This document shows positions 11,732 to 25,102 of a DNA stretch of 64,000 nucleotides, piece after piece (positions within the stretch are counted from its first letter, which is position 1; each line of letters starts with the position of its first letter). The stretch lies in the NCBI GenBank assembly GCA_000182565.2, contig KQ257463.1, one strand, 5' to 3'. Position numbers and translations under genes: made by a program. The notes beneath the pieces are model-generated. The model saw only the letters and a program-made list of their open reading frames with translations, was not told the DNA's origin and ran no database searches. The DNA is from Spizellomyces punctatus DAOM BR117. Taxonomy: Eukaryota.

Positions 11732-14165
11732 ATGGGCGACTATAAAAATAGCTTCTCCACGTCCGTCAACTTGAACGCTTTGGAACGGTCCCAGCGCCGG
11801 AAAACACTCTTACACGTCGTTGATCTCTATTCTGGAGATGTTGACAGGTCAGAGCAGCCCGGGTATGCCCGGAACCAACAACAGGGACGTCGAGGTCCAC
11901 CGTCTATTTTGGTCTCACCGCCCAAGGAAAAGAGTCTGGGGGACAAAGTAATGGGCTTTATCCCCATCATCGAGGTTATCAGAACGTACAACAAGCAGCT
12001 CATGTTTGGGGATCTCAGGGCTGGGTTAACGGTGGGAATTGTACTGGTCCTACGGTCCATCGTTTTTGCCCAGTTGGTAAGAAGCTTTCCTCTGTCATGA
12101 GCCATCATTAAAAAGCACTGTAGTCAACGCAATGACATTTTTTTACAGGCTAGAGTGTCCGTTATCGTCTCCCTTGTGTCCTCTATTATCCCCATTGCAA
12201 TCTACGGTCTCCTCGGAACATCCAAGCAACTCTCTGTCGGGCCCGAAGCTCTCGCCGCCGTCTTGATCGGCGCATCCGTGACCGAAGAGCTTGAGGCTGG
12301 AGGTCCTGGGATTACCGCAGACCAGATTGCCGCGGTCATTGCAATGTTGGTAGGATTAACCGCTCTGTTGTTGTCCCTCATGAGGGCTGGGTTTTTGGAT
12401 TCGATTTTGACAGGATTTATGAAGGTATGTGCACCTTGTCGGTATTCACACATTTTTGGTTATCCATTTTCTTACACAATCTCCCTATTCTGGTAGACGG
12501 GTTTCATCTCTAGCGTTGGTTTGCTCATCATGATCGAACAGCTCCCCGAACTCCTCGGTATCGACCTGACCCGCAAACCTCCACCCACTTTTTCAAGTTT
12601 TGAAAAACTGGTGGCAACGTCAAAGGCTGCCATGCAAACTGGACACCTCCTTACCTCGCTGATCGGTCTCGCTGCAGTCGTTTTTATGGTGGCCATGCGC
12701 TATGTCAAGGCAAAGACCAACATTGCCTGGATTAAAGCGTTTCCAGAGGTACATAATGAGATCAGTGCACCAAACATTTTAAAATACTTAGATTCTTCAC
12801 TTTTGTAGATTGTTGTTTTGGTGGGCGTCATGATTGGCATCAGCGCTGCCATTGACTTGAAACAGTATGGTGTGAGGACTCTAGGAACCTTTAGCAACAG
12901 GTTTCCGACACCGGCGATTCCACCACTGAACATGGACAGGATGGGTCGACTGTTGGGCGGTGCTGTTGCGCAGACGGTAGTTGGATTCGTCGAGAGTATG
13001 GCTGTTTCCAAGGATTTGGGTATGCAGGTAAAGTCTGCATTCATTTACAAATGTTTTTGGGATACACACACAGAGATTTATTGATGCGGATGGTTAATCA
13101 AACAGTACGGGTACAACCCAAAGCCAAACCGCGAACTCTTTGCACTGGGGACCGCAAACGTTGTCGGCTCCATTTTCGGATGTTTTGTGACAATGGGGTC
13201 CCTTCCCCGTTCCAAGATCCTGGCAGATGCAGGCGGACGGACGAACGTCTGTTCGCTTATAGCGGCATTTTGGGTGACAGTGTTTGTTTTGACAGCTGGC
13301 CCTGTTTTAAAGTTTCTGCCCTTGTCTACTTTGGCTGGATTTGTATTGGCGGCTGCCATGTCTTTGGTGCATGTTTCCGAGATTGTGTTTGTCTTTAAGG
13401 TTCGGTCTTGGGGAGAGGTAGCTGGGATGGTTGCAGCGTTTTGTGCCACATTTTTTTGGTATGTCCCTTGGGTTGCTTTCTGCCAATGCGCAAGGTCCTC
13501 ACTTCTCTTTATACGTAGGAACATTGAGCAAGGCACTCTGATTGTCATCTTTCTCGCTTCGATCCTAATTATCCGGCGCTCAGTAGGCGTCGACATGCAA
13601 ATTCTGGGTAAAGTCGACGTCTCTGTCCCTGTACAAGATCGGGACGGACAAATCCAGCAGGTTCTCCAATCCCGGTACCTAGACGTCCGCGAACACCCCG
13701 AAGCGACTCTCTTGGATGACATCCTAGTCATTTCTGTCCGCTCCCCGCTCCTGTTCTTTAATTCGGGGAATATCAGTGTCGCTGTGGATAAGCTTTTAAA
13801 AGCTCAAAAGACGATTGCAGAAGCTTCCGGATACCCAAGTCAGAAGGGTAATGCAGGACAAATTATCATTTTTGATATGGATGGGTGCACGGCTATCGTA
13901 TGTAGTCACACTGTTTTGTCTTGTTTCACCAGACTATGTGACTGATTCTTGCCTACAGGACGCTGGAGCCATGTACCTCATGAAAGAAAATATCCACACG
14001 TTCCTTCATCTAGGCGTCAAAGTCCTATTTGCGGGGATTACGCCTGAACAACGTATCTTGTTTGAGCGGTCGGGATTGATAGAGATGGTTGGCGAGAAGA
14101 ATGTCGCACCGACAGTCGAAATGGCGGCTTTGAGAGCGGAGACGATCAAAATGCAAGGATACTGA
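11732..14165 (+). CDS. SLC26/SulP anion transporter with STAS domain
   Basis: About 7 exons; GDLRAGLTVGIV, YGLLGTSKQLSVGP, GFVES, PNRELFALG, GSLPRSK, LLFFNS (STAS), IIIFDMDG. Confidence 0.9.
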
Positions 14166-14256
14166 AAATTGAAGATATGCAAAAGTAACTAAAACTAAAA
14201 CCAAAAAAAGAAAACCATATACCACCCCAAAAAAACAAAAACAATAAAAAAAACGG

Positions 14257-15296
14257 TTCTAGCAGCCATGTCCGGGTCCCTAAACATTTTGTCCGAACGC
14301 AGCCATGACATAAGCAGAAATGACCATGACAAAGCATCATAAAATGAGCTGCCCTTTCAATTCACACATACTGTATTCCATTTCTGCATAGTAAGGCAAG
14401 CCCCTATAATCAACATGTTGAAATTCACGGAACCATGCACGCAAGAAGGAAATGAAGACATAGAGACGCCTTATGCTCATCAATGTCCTTGACTATGCAT
14501 GACGAAAAGCGTAACCGAAATCACATCCCACATATTCTAGCTGTAGGCGTTTGCTGAGCAGCCATTGTCCTTGAGACTTTTCATCACTCGCCAAGCACAG
14601 GTTTCCTAATGTATCACTGGTGGCTACTATCCTGAACCTCTGCACAATGCCTAAAGGCAGAGCTGGGCCGTCATGTTACAAATGCCGTAACAAATAACGA
14701 TGCAGCCTCTGCGCTCCATAAAGTCCCATTTCCAACAACGGACTTTTCCCAAAGCTCAAAGACCCACCTACGCTCCTACCAGCAACTGGCCACATTTCGA
14801 CAACTGGAGGGTGTGGCGGGTGTGGCTTATTTAACTTGTTCTCATTGGCTGTATATTTTTTGTTCCAAGCCACAATCAATGGGTATAAAAGGCGCTTGGC
14901 CCCAGTCCCCTCCAAGTTTCTTTTACTTGTCTTAGGATTAACCTTCGACTCGCAACACATTATCTATACATATCACCCAATGATGAGAATTCGCGCTAAA
15001 CAGAACTTTTTTCTGAGTTCCGCGACAGATAGCGGAGGGTGTAGCTGGCAGATATTGTGTTGTCTTTTGAGTATCTTGGTGTTTTGCCTTGTCATTCTCT
15101 GGTGCCCAAAAGGCGTCGATATGCAAATTCAAAAGTCGATAATACCTACCAGAGTATATGGCTGATTAATGACTACAAGTCGCTGGAGCCATGTCATCAT
15201 AACAATAAAGAAGAAAACTATATGCCAGGAAAAACTTTTCTAGTCGCCATGACCGTCTACCAAACATGTTGTCCGAACGCATCCATGACATAAGCA
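14257..15296. repeat. Dispersed imperfect direct repeat of about 60 bp (copies at about 14257-14316 and 15238-15296)
   Basis: Core aaacattttgtccgaacgcagccatgacataagca vs aaacatgttgtccgaacgcatccatgacataagca (33/35 identical), each preceded by ttctag..gccatg.ccg. Confidence 0.8.
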
Positions 15297-17205
15297 AGAC
15301 CACTTGCACGCCACCAAACCACAAGTGGCCAAAATAGTTGGACTTTGACCGTTGACGAGCCGTTACCGCAATGGGCGGGCAAGAAAAACGGAACAAATAC
15401 GATGGCGAGTTGCAAGTGGCATACGCTGTTTTCACCCGATTCCATAAATTGCATTTCCATCACAAGCAAGTAAACGCCACCAATCAGCAATATAAAAAGG
15501 ACGACGAGGTTTGGGAGATCCGTCGTATTCTTCTTGTATGCAGCTACCTTTTGCCCTTTTGCATATCAACAAATTGCGTTTTTATTTCTTTTTCGCACTC
15601 GACTTTTCTATTTTCCTCTGCTGAACGTTTGCGCATATTGCTACTTTATTGCAATAGCTGCGCATCGTGTTCTTCAGGGGAATTTAGAGTAAGTCCAGTC
15701 CGAAAAATGCAAAAAATGCTGGGGCAAAAAGACTCTGCAGTTCATTGAACAAGAATTCGTCGAGTCGTTCATTTACCTGCTGAAAAGCTCCGCGATTTGC
15801 GGGTGTTGACCCTCGATGTCCATTCCCTCCCATCATGCCCTAATGACCCAAAAGCCATTCATCTGGACCATGTCATTTGATGGGTCGGCGCATGGCATAT
15901 CCTTCGCCAACACGCAAATCCCTTGCGACAAAATAAAAATGCAGATCGCCGACAAACGGCCGTCAAGATCACGATCAAAAAAAAAATGGAAACCCCTATT
16001 GAACGGAACAAGGATTTACCATCTTTTCAACTATTTTTTTTTTTGTTTGATCTCGTTGTCGTTTTCCATTATTCAGCCGACTATTGGCCTAAAATGCTTC
16101 TGACTCAGCTGGTTTTACGCTTGGATCATCCGGCTACAATGCTTATCCACAAATTGAGTAAATTTGTGCAGCAGTCATGGCCACAACGCTTGGAATGCAT
16201 TTAATGTGATTAATGGGCGTGTTTGGAACAGCGGGCTGGGGGGTGGGGAGCCCGCATCTCACAGCGACCGACATACGGACTTGGGACAACCTGCCTTTTC
16301 ATTTACTTTGCTTCTTCTTAATTTTGGCCATTGCCCTTGGGGTCGGGGAGGACCTTTTTCTACGCACCACGAAGTTCAGCTTTATTACAAGACTTTTAGC
16401 ATACCTTTTACAAGGGAGGCTCAGCGGACAACACGACACCATTTGGCCATTTCTGGTTGCATGCGACGACGCAATTTAACAAAACCCTGATTCATATTAC
16501 CGAGTCCAGCGCTTTTCTGGACCGCTCTGCTACATACCTCGTACTGCGCCTTGTTCTCAAAAGAAGGGAACACGCTTGCCTGCAACTCCGCTTGGCCTGA
16601 ACCTTATCGCTTTTATTATCAGGCAATCGACACGTCAACAGTTGCCCGCGTTTTTCTAGGATTCCGACGGGCTGCACGAGTAGGTTGCGTTTTTGGATTC
16701 CTTGGGGAGAGGAGGATTTTTGTTGTGGGAGGTGTATATTGTGAGATTGTGTGGGAAATACACTCATGGTGAGTACAACGATGCACGAAGTGACGAGATG
16801 GATTCTGGAGAGTTGTTAGCGGGAATAGCTGGAGAGGGTGTGTGAGAGAGAGCAAAGTGCGTTAGCGTACTCTGCGTGCGCTTTTTAGTTGCGACGTAGC
16901 TGATTGTATATGTATGCGAGTTGTTGAAGCTGCGCCAAATTTTCTGACACCAAGCTACTCATCTTTCAAACTAGATATTTCGCGATATACGTCGTTCTTC
17001 AATACCAGCCATTTGCACAATCCCAGAGATTGTAAGAACGACTGGGGTCCTACGGTCATGTTGATCTGAAGTGGAGTATCTGGAAAAAAGAGGTCCGAAA
17101 CAAAGAGGATCATCCCGACATTAGTCGCCTGCGAGAGTCAAACCTCGCAACACTTTTATCCGTCTTGTTTCCCCTATATAACCTCGATCACATCTCTACT
17201 CAACA

Positions 17206-20200
17206 ATGGGTAAAAAGCGAAATTGGTTTGGGGGGCGCTCCAAATTGGATTTGGGAGAGTCTCCAAATACCGATATCCCCACTGATCCACCTGCTGCAAC
17301 ACCGCAAGGTGTAGCAGCAGCATCCGATCTCCATGCCAAGCGTCGTATATGGATAAATATGCCCATGCAACCACCATATATTGACGAACAAACCGGGCGA
17401 CCGGCGGTCTGGTATAAACGGAACAAGATTCGAACAAGTAAATACACGGTCATATCCTTCCTACCAAAAAACATCTTTGAACAGTTCCGAAGTGTCGCAA
17501 ATTTCTATTTCACAAGCTTGGTCATTCTTCAGTGCTTCCCTCCCTTCCTACAAGTATCACCGGTTTTGACGGCTGCACCGATTGTAATTATTGTGGCAGC
17601 GACGGCACTGAAGGATGCCATTGAGGATTGGAAGCGACATCGATCAGATGCGAGCGTGAATAAAGCGAGCACGTATCTATTGTCAAATTGGAACAATACG
17701 AACCACGTAGAGCACCACGCATTCAATTTCAAACGGACATACAAAATGGTGAAACGATCTATACGACAGGCGTTGAGAGCCTGTTTTACTGCCCCGTTCA
17801 AAGCACGTAAGCCTGCGGGAACCGAAACTGTGGGTCGTCCGGCTATGATAGCCGCCGATGATTACATGCATGATGTCGAGTCAGACGATGAAGAGCGTGC
17901 TGTCCCGAATGGAAAACGCGCCTCTCATACGTCGTCGGGACAGTCCGTGTGGAAGCTGTCGAACTGGGAGGATGTCCGCGTCGGAGATTTTGTGTTTTTG
18001 CGAAACGATGATCCGGTACCTGCCGATATTGCCATCTTGTCAACTAGTGAGCGGGATGGGCTCTGTTACGTAGAGACAAAGAATTTAGACGGAGAGACGA
18101 ATTTGAAGGTTCGCCGAGGTGTTCCGGATTTCGAGAGTGTTCGGACACCAGAGGATTGTCATGGTATACGAGCGTTCCTGGATTCCGAGCCACCGACCTC
18201 CAATCTCTACGCCTACAGCGGTGTTCTCACTATTCAGGGATCTCCATCGTCATCCGCTCCAACCCGCGCATCCGTTTCCTCCCAAGATTCCCCCAAAACT
18301 GTCGTCCCGATCGGAATCAGCGGGGTTCTCCTCCGAGGCTGCATCCTACGTAACACGAAATGGGTGATTGGCATGGCCATCTTCACCGGAGAAGACACGA
18401 AAATCATGATGAACTCTGGTTCAACACCATCCAAACGATCCCGCATCGACAGGCAAATCAACCCTCAAGTCCTTGTGAATTTCATGCTCCTCTCCGCCAT
18501 GTGCATGATTTGTGCTGTTATAGCAGCCATGTATGCCTCTACCTATATTCACGAAGGAGCGGTATTTGCCGGCAATGCTACATCTGATATGGAATCACCG
18601 AGTTACACAGCTTTTGTAACATTCTTCCTCTGCATGATTATCTTTCAAAATATTATCCCTATTGCGCTGGTTATTAGTGTTGAGGTTGCAAAGCTGTTTC
18701 AGGTAAGTTTGGGTTTGCACAAAGATGTGTACGTTGCAAGTTGCTGACATTTTCTGTCCATGCAGAGTTTTATGATTCACATTGATGAGGAGATGTATGA
18801 TGTCGAGTCTGATAAGCGAGTTACACCACAAGCGTGGAATCTTTGCGATGACTTGGGTCAGATCGAATACATATTCTCAGATAAAACCGGCACATTGACT
18901 TGCAACACAATGGAGTTTCGGAAATGTACGATCAACGGTGTCATGTACGGTGGGACTTTTGTATCCGAGGCTGCCATGGGAGCGGCTGAGCGATCTGGGT
19001 CAGAATTGGATACCAAAGCGTTGGCCAACACACGAGCCGAAGCTGAAAAACAAATGATTGCCGGAATGAAGGAATTATTTGACACTAGATATCTGGCGCC
19101 AAAACTTTCTTTCATAGATGCAGATCTACCGCGTCATGTGCGTGACAATGGTGTACAGGCGCGGCGTATTCGAGAGTTTTTTACCCTCCTCGCTGTATGT
19201 CATACGGTTTTGGTCGAGAAACCGGACAAGTCGGACGAAAATCACCTAGAGTACAAGGCCCAGTCGCCCGATGAAGCTGCCTTGGTTGCAGCTGCACGAG
19301 ATGTGGGATTTGCATTCTTGAAACGGACCGATAATCGGGTGGAAGTGGATGTAATGGGACAATGGCGTACCTATACGATTTTACATGTCCTGGAATTCAA
19401 CTCGGATCGAAAGCGAATGAGTGTCATTATCAAACGTCCGGAAGGCGATATTATTCTTCTATGTAAAGGGGCCGATAGCGTTATTTACGACCGATTGTCC
19501 AAAGATAACGATCCCGAGCTCATGGATGTGACCTCTACGCATTTGGAGAATTTTGCAAACGAAGGCTTGAGGACATTGTGTTTGAGTTATCGTATCATAC
19601 CGCCAGACTTTTACGAACGGTGGGCGGAACGTTACCGGGCAGCTCAAGCGTTGATTGAAAACAGGGAACGGGAGTGTGATTTGGTTGCCGAAGGTATTGA
19701 GCGGGAGTTGATCCTTATGGGCGCGACGGCCATTGAGGATAAGCTCCAAGACGGTGTACCAGAAACTATTGGCATCCTCGCGAAAGCAGGAATCAAAATC
19801 TGGGTATTAACGGGAGACAAAATGGAAACAGCCATCAATATCGGTTTTGCTTGTAATCTTTTGAAGCGCAACATGATCCTTATCGTTGTTAAATCCGATT
19901 CCCTTGATTCCACCTTTCAACAATTGACGGAGGCTTTGGAACGGTTTTGGACTGCTGATGGACGTCCTTCGAGTGCTACTGGAGAGGCAGAGTATGCGTT
20001 TATTATCGATGGGGAGAGTTTAAAGTATGCATTGGAACCAAGATGCAAAGCCCTTCTGCTGGAGCTTGGATGTCGATGTCGGGCGGTGGTTTGCTGCAGG
20101 GTCAGTCCGTTGCAGAAGGCAATGGTTGTGCAGTTGGTTCGCAAAGGACTGGTGAGTAAACTGGTATTTTATCCTGTCTCTTTATCACTATCTTTAACTC

Positions 20201-22492
20201 GATTCGCGTGTCGTTTCAGGGTGCAATGTGCCTGGCCATTGGTGATGGAGCCAACGACGTGTCCATGATCCAAGAAGCAGACGTTGGAATCGGTATCAGT
20301 GGTAAAGAAGGTCTTCAAGCCGTCATGGCGGCTGATTACGCGATAGGACAATTTCGGTTCCTCGGTCGGCTGCTTTTGGTACATGGACGATGGGCGTACC
20401 TCCGCACTGCCGAGATGGTGTTGAATTATTTTTACAAAAACGTGGTATACTTGTTTGTACTGTTTTGGTATCAGTTTGACAATGGGTGAGTTTTTTTTTC
20501 TACGTCAAGCCATGTGCTACGCGATGGAATTGCTCATGTTTTGCGTCTTGAACAGATTTTCGGCGAGTACTGTTACGGATTACACCTACTCAATGTGGTT
20601 CCAAACCTTTTTTACCCTCCTCCCTACGATCGCGATCGGCACCCTCGACCAAGATGTCAATGACCGTGTATCCATGATGGTGCCGCAGCTCTACCTGAAA
20701 GGAATCCGACAAACCCTGTACACAATGGAACGGTTTTGGCTGTATATTTTCGACGGGATATACCAATCAGTCGTCATTTATTTCATTGCCTATGCCATAT
20801 TCCGCGACTCGATACCCTATCATCAAGGATGGGATGCCACAAAGGATGATATGGGTACCTTGTGTGCCATGGGGATCATCCTAACTGTCAACTTCTATGC
20901 TGCCCTCAATATAATGAACTGGACGTGGATGATACTGTTGGCGTTCGTCATCACGATATGTATATGGTTTGGATACCTCCTGGTTTATATCAGTGCCCCG
21001 GCCAACCCACCCTACGGACAACTTCAGGTTTTGCTACCGAGCGCAACTTTTTGGCTGAGTGTCGTACTCTCGGTGTTTTTGGCGCTCTTTCCCCGCTTTC
21101 TCGGAAAGTTTGTTATTGGGTGGTTCTGGCCTAGTGACACTGACTTGGTGCGAGAGGTGCAACAGTATTGCTGGAAAGAAGGGGAAGAACTTCGATTGGA
21201 TGAGGATGGTGGAAAGAAGCATGATGCTCCTGCTCCTGAACCAAAGGATGAAGGGAGTGATTCAGAGAGAGGAGACGTGGTGCGAAGTAGTGCAAGTATG
21301 CGAAGGAACTTTTCGGATAATCTGCTGAGCAGACGGCGACAGAGTACCTCAAAGGGTATGACATCCAGCACGGGGGGTGAGAGCGACGGTAGCATGCGCC
21401 GAGCACAATCGGGAATGCTGGGGAGTCAGGAGATTGTAGGGATACGGCCCACACCATTACCACAGCCTCCTCTACTTCTTCCCGCTTCGATCGATCCAGC
21501 TGGCCATATGATACCTGGTCATCATGGTGTCGAAACCCCCAGTGATGGCTTTGGCGATTACGCTCACAGCCGCCATCACAAGAAGCGCGCACTATTTGTC
21601 GATACTAACGGGAACCGACCTTCTGTCGGTGCATCCTCTACCGTGTCAGACGCGTCCGAACCGGGAGAACCGACGACCCATTCCCGTCGTCCCTCTGCCT
21701 TCCGTCCCCGGTCCATATCTGCGGCTGTCAAGGGCGTTGGCAAGAAAGTTGGTCATGTTGTTCAACGGCTGCGTGATCGGTCACATCGACTGGGAACGCA
21801 TGGTCGTGCAGGGAGTCTGGTTATCTTTATGGGTGCCAATGGACAGGAAATGTGTAATACGGGGTTTGCGTTCTCTCATGATGAGGGAATGAGTCCTGTT
21901 ATTACCCCTACCAGGTTTGTGTCCCGCTACTTTTGATGTATGCATGATGTTGTGTATTTATTTCTTTTGTGTTGGTTGTTTTCTTAGACCACCGGCACCA
22001 CCGCGGGAAGACTCTAACGATGCCATGTCGCCAAATTCTTCCAACCAGCACCCACGATCCCGAAGTGCCACACCCGTTCAGCGCCTTGTGGGAGCACTCC
22101 GACCCGGCTTCCATCACCACCACAACAACAATCATAATCATCACGTCCACTTTAATGACCGGGAGCATGGGGGCAATGCCATGGAGATGAGAGAGGGCGA
22201 GGGAGGTTCTCGGATGTTGGGTGTAGGTGTTGCGGGGGTTATGGTTGGTGCGGTTGGAGCAGCTGTTGCTGGGGCTATAAGGGTTAGTGTTGGAGACGCG
22301 GAAAAACCGCCGGAGGGAGAGGTGACGGGGACGGCTGTATCGGCAGGGGACTTGGCTGGTAATACAGAGATTGGGGAAGCAGAAGAGGGACAAACAAGAG
22401 AGGAGAATGTGAAGGTCTCTGTGGAAAACGTGCCAACCACGATCGTGGGCGACGAAACGGATTTGGAGAAAGGACATGCGGAAGAGACATGA
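17206..22492 (+). CDS. P4-ATPase phospholipid flippase alpha subunit (Dnf1/Dnf2-like)
   Basis: Six exons; [28 protein letters not shown] phosphorylation site, [39 protein letters not shown], and C-terminal GFAFS. Confidence 0.95.
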
Positions 22493-23394
22493 AAGAAACG
22501 GGATCGTTTAGGTGATGGATGAGAATGGGCCTTTATTTTTATTGTGTTGTTTTTTATGTATAGATTTGATGATGGTTTATGGTCCCTCCTTTTACTATTG
22601 TTTTGCATTGTAAGCCGTCATCCTAAATTCACCTTTTTGCGATGACCTGCTGTCATCTACACACGTGACAGGGTAGTTGTAGCCATATCACCCCCCATGT
22701 GAAGAAGGAACACTTTCTTCTTGTTGTTGGGTTCTTGGCATTTGGGTTGCATGACGATTTGCATCAACGGGAGAGATTCAACACTTGCATTAGGTGCGTC
22801 AACAAAAACGGTGGGTATTGCAAGTTATGAGCGGATTCGCGTCAGAGCGTGTTGTCCATTGTAAGCAGGCAACAAAAAGAGCGAGTGTGATCTCATATCC
22901 CTTTCCCGCTTGTAGGTTTTTGCCCAACGTTTTCGTTCAACGACCGAACCAACGTTGTTTTAGTTTTTGTTTTCTTTGTGTGCTTTTGAAGGTAAAGTCT
23001 CTGCAACTGTTTATTTTCACTGTTTTGGGGTTTCTCCAGCGGTCCGCTCTTTTTGCGCGACGGTTGGAGAAATAAGTTGAGAAAGTTCGTGGAGTTGATT
23101 GTGCATGTGTTGAATCTCCCGAGTTTTGGGGGGTTTTGTGCAAAACCCATTTGGTGTTTTCTGACGACTTGCTCTTTTTGTTTCTACTCTTTCTTGTCAA
23201 CTCGAATCTCTTTGTTGGGTACCTCATTGACCCTGATCTGCCACGATCTCATTCAGTTTTACGAAAAACACAAAAAGGAACAGACCCGCGCTTCCAAGCA
23301 AATCTTTTTCTCAATCTCGTTCTACCACTTTAGCACAAGCTAGCGAGCGTTCCATCATCAACTCAATCAAATAGAAAGATACCGCAAGTCACAC

Positions 23395-24819
23395 ATGGCG
23401 AAGCATAAACGGAAGACGTCAACACAAGCAACTCCGCAAAGCGGAGGTTCAGACACATCTGCAGATACAGTACCGAACTCGACCGCTCCTACCGTCACAA
23501 TCGGCCACAAGCGCCGTCTGACTCCGCCAGGTTCTGGGATACCTACGCCAACGGATGTGACGCCCGTTCCAGGTACACCCGTCGAGCGGCGGCCAGTCAA
23601 GTCAGATGGTCCATCAGGAGTCGTCCTCCTTGCGGATGAATCCTCATCGAAAAAATGGCGTAATGCTGCTGTCCGCACTCTGTGGACGTTTGTCATGATC
23701 TTTGCTTTTCTCGGAATTTTGTTGGCGGGACACGCGTACGTTGTGCTCTTTGTCGTCGTGCTGCAGGTGTTGGTATACAAGGAAGTCATCTACATTGGAG
23801 TGTCCCCGGCGAGAGATAGGAAGCTACCATGGAATCGATTTTTCCATTGGTACTTTCTCATGGCGACCAACTACTTTCTGTACGGCGAGACTCTCATCGA
23901 ACGATTTAAGCCATATTTTTATGTCGACGCTTTCCTGATGCCTCTTGCCACTCATCACCGATTCATCAGTTTTTGTCTCTATACCCTCGGTGTTGTCTTG
24001 TTTGTCATCAACCTGAAGAAAGGACACTACAAGTTCCAATTTTCTCAATTCGGATGGACGCACATGGTTTTGTTGATTGTGGTTTGTCAGAGTCATTTCA
24101 TCATAAACAACATATTTGAGGGGTTGATTTGGTTCCTCCTCCCGGCGGCTTTGGTGATCTGCAACGATATCGCCGCATACGTGTTTGGATTCTTCTTTGG
24201 ACGGACGCCCCTCATTGCCCTCAGCCCCAAAAAGACTTGGGAAGGGTTTCTCGGTGCATTATTCAGCACAGTCGTCTTTGGGTGGTTCTTTTCGGGCTAT
24301 TTGTCTCAGTTCCCCTACATGTACTGCCCAGTGCGGGATTTCAAAACCTCTTCACTTTCTGGCATCCAATGCGTTCCCAACCCCGTTTTTGTACTCAAGG
24401 ACTACCGCCTCCCACCGATGCTCAGCGGTCTCCTTCGCTTTGTACTCCCATTTGCTGGCGTTCCCTTCCGCACCGTAAGCTTCTACCCAATGCAACTTCA
24501 CTCGCTCGCTATGGCCATATTTGCGTCAGTTGTGGCACCTTTTGGTGGATTCTTTGCATCTGGATTCAAGCGCGCCTTCAAGATTAAGGATTTTGGCGAC
24601 TCTATTCCCGGCCACGGCGGTATTACGGACCGAATGGACTGTCAGTTTTTGATGGGATTGTTCAGCTACATGTATTTCAAGAGCTTCATTGGCGCTTATG
24701 AAGGTGTAACGGTCGGAAGTGTGCTAGAGCTTGCGGTGCAAAGTCTAAAAGAGGCAGAGCTAGTTGAGTTGGTAGGGAAACTGAGAGAGTTTCTTGATGG
24801 ACAGGGGATTGAATTGTGA
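23395..24819 (+). CDS. CDS1: Phosphatidate cytidylyltransferase (CDP-DAG synthase)
   Basis: Intronless 474 aa; LSPKKTWEGF, FASGFKRAFKIKDFGDSIPGHGGITDRMDCQ. Confidence 0.95.
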   Translation: MAKHKRKTSTQATPQSGGSDTSADTVPNSTAPTVTIGHKRRLTPPGSGIPTPTDVTPVPGTPVERRPVKSDGPSGVVLLADESSSKKWRNAAVRTLWTFVMIFAFLGILLAGHAYVVLFVVVLQVLVYKEVIYIGVSPARDRKLPWNRFFHWYFLMATNYFLYGETLIERFKPYFYVDAFLMPLATHHRFISFCLYTLGVVLFVINLKKGHYKFQFSQFGWTHMVLLIVVCQSHFIINNIFEGLIWFLLPAALVICNDIAAYVFGFFFGRTPLIALSPKKTWEGFLGALFSTVVFGWFFSGYLSQFPYMYCPVRDFKTSSLSGIQCVPNPVFVLKDYRLPPMLSGLLRFVLPFAGVPFRTVSFYPMQLHSLAMAIFASVVAPFGGFFASGFKRAFKIKDFGDSIPGHGGITDRMDCQFLMGLFSYMYFKSFIGAYEGVTVGSVLELAVQSLKEAELVELVGKLREFLDGQGIEL

Positions 24820-25102
24820 TTATGGTATCTAAAAGCTCCTCAGATGCATGGGCGAGCCTGCACTTTTTTTTCCTTTGTTTAGAAGTTTTCGTTTTGGGTT
24901 GACTGCTTTATTATTTTCTTATTGTTAATGTATGGCAAGATGCAAACGATAAATCAATCGCTGTATTGCTCTAGAATCTATATTAACGCAGTTGCATTCT
25001 AAAGTCGAGTTATGGGCCTACGCCACATTCAGCCACGTCGACTCATCGGGCCGATCGGGTTCGCGGTCCTTCTCATTCAGCTTTTAGATCCCCCGGTATA
25101 CC

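Noticed and set aside
14980-15016. ATGATGA...CTGA, C/D snoRNA-like boxes
   Set aside because: Only about 37 nt from C to D, no terminal stem and no rRNA guide I could recognise; a snoscan/Infernal run would settle it.
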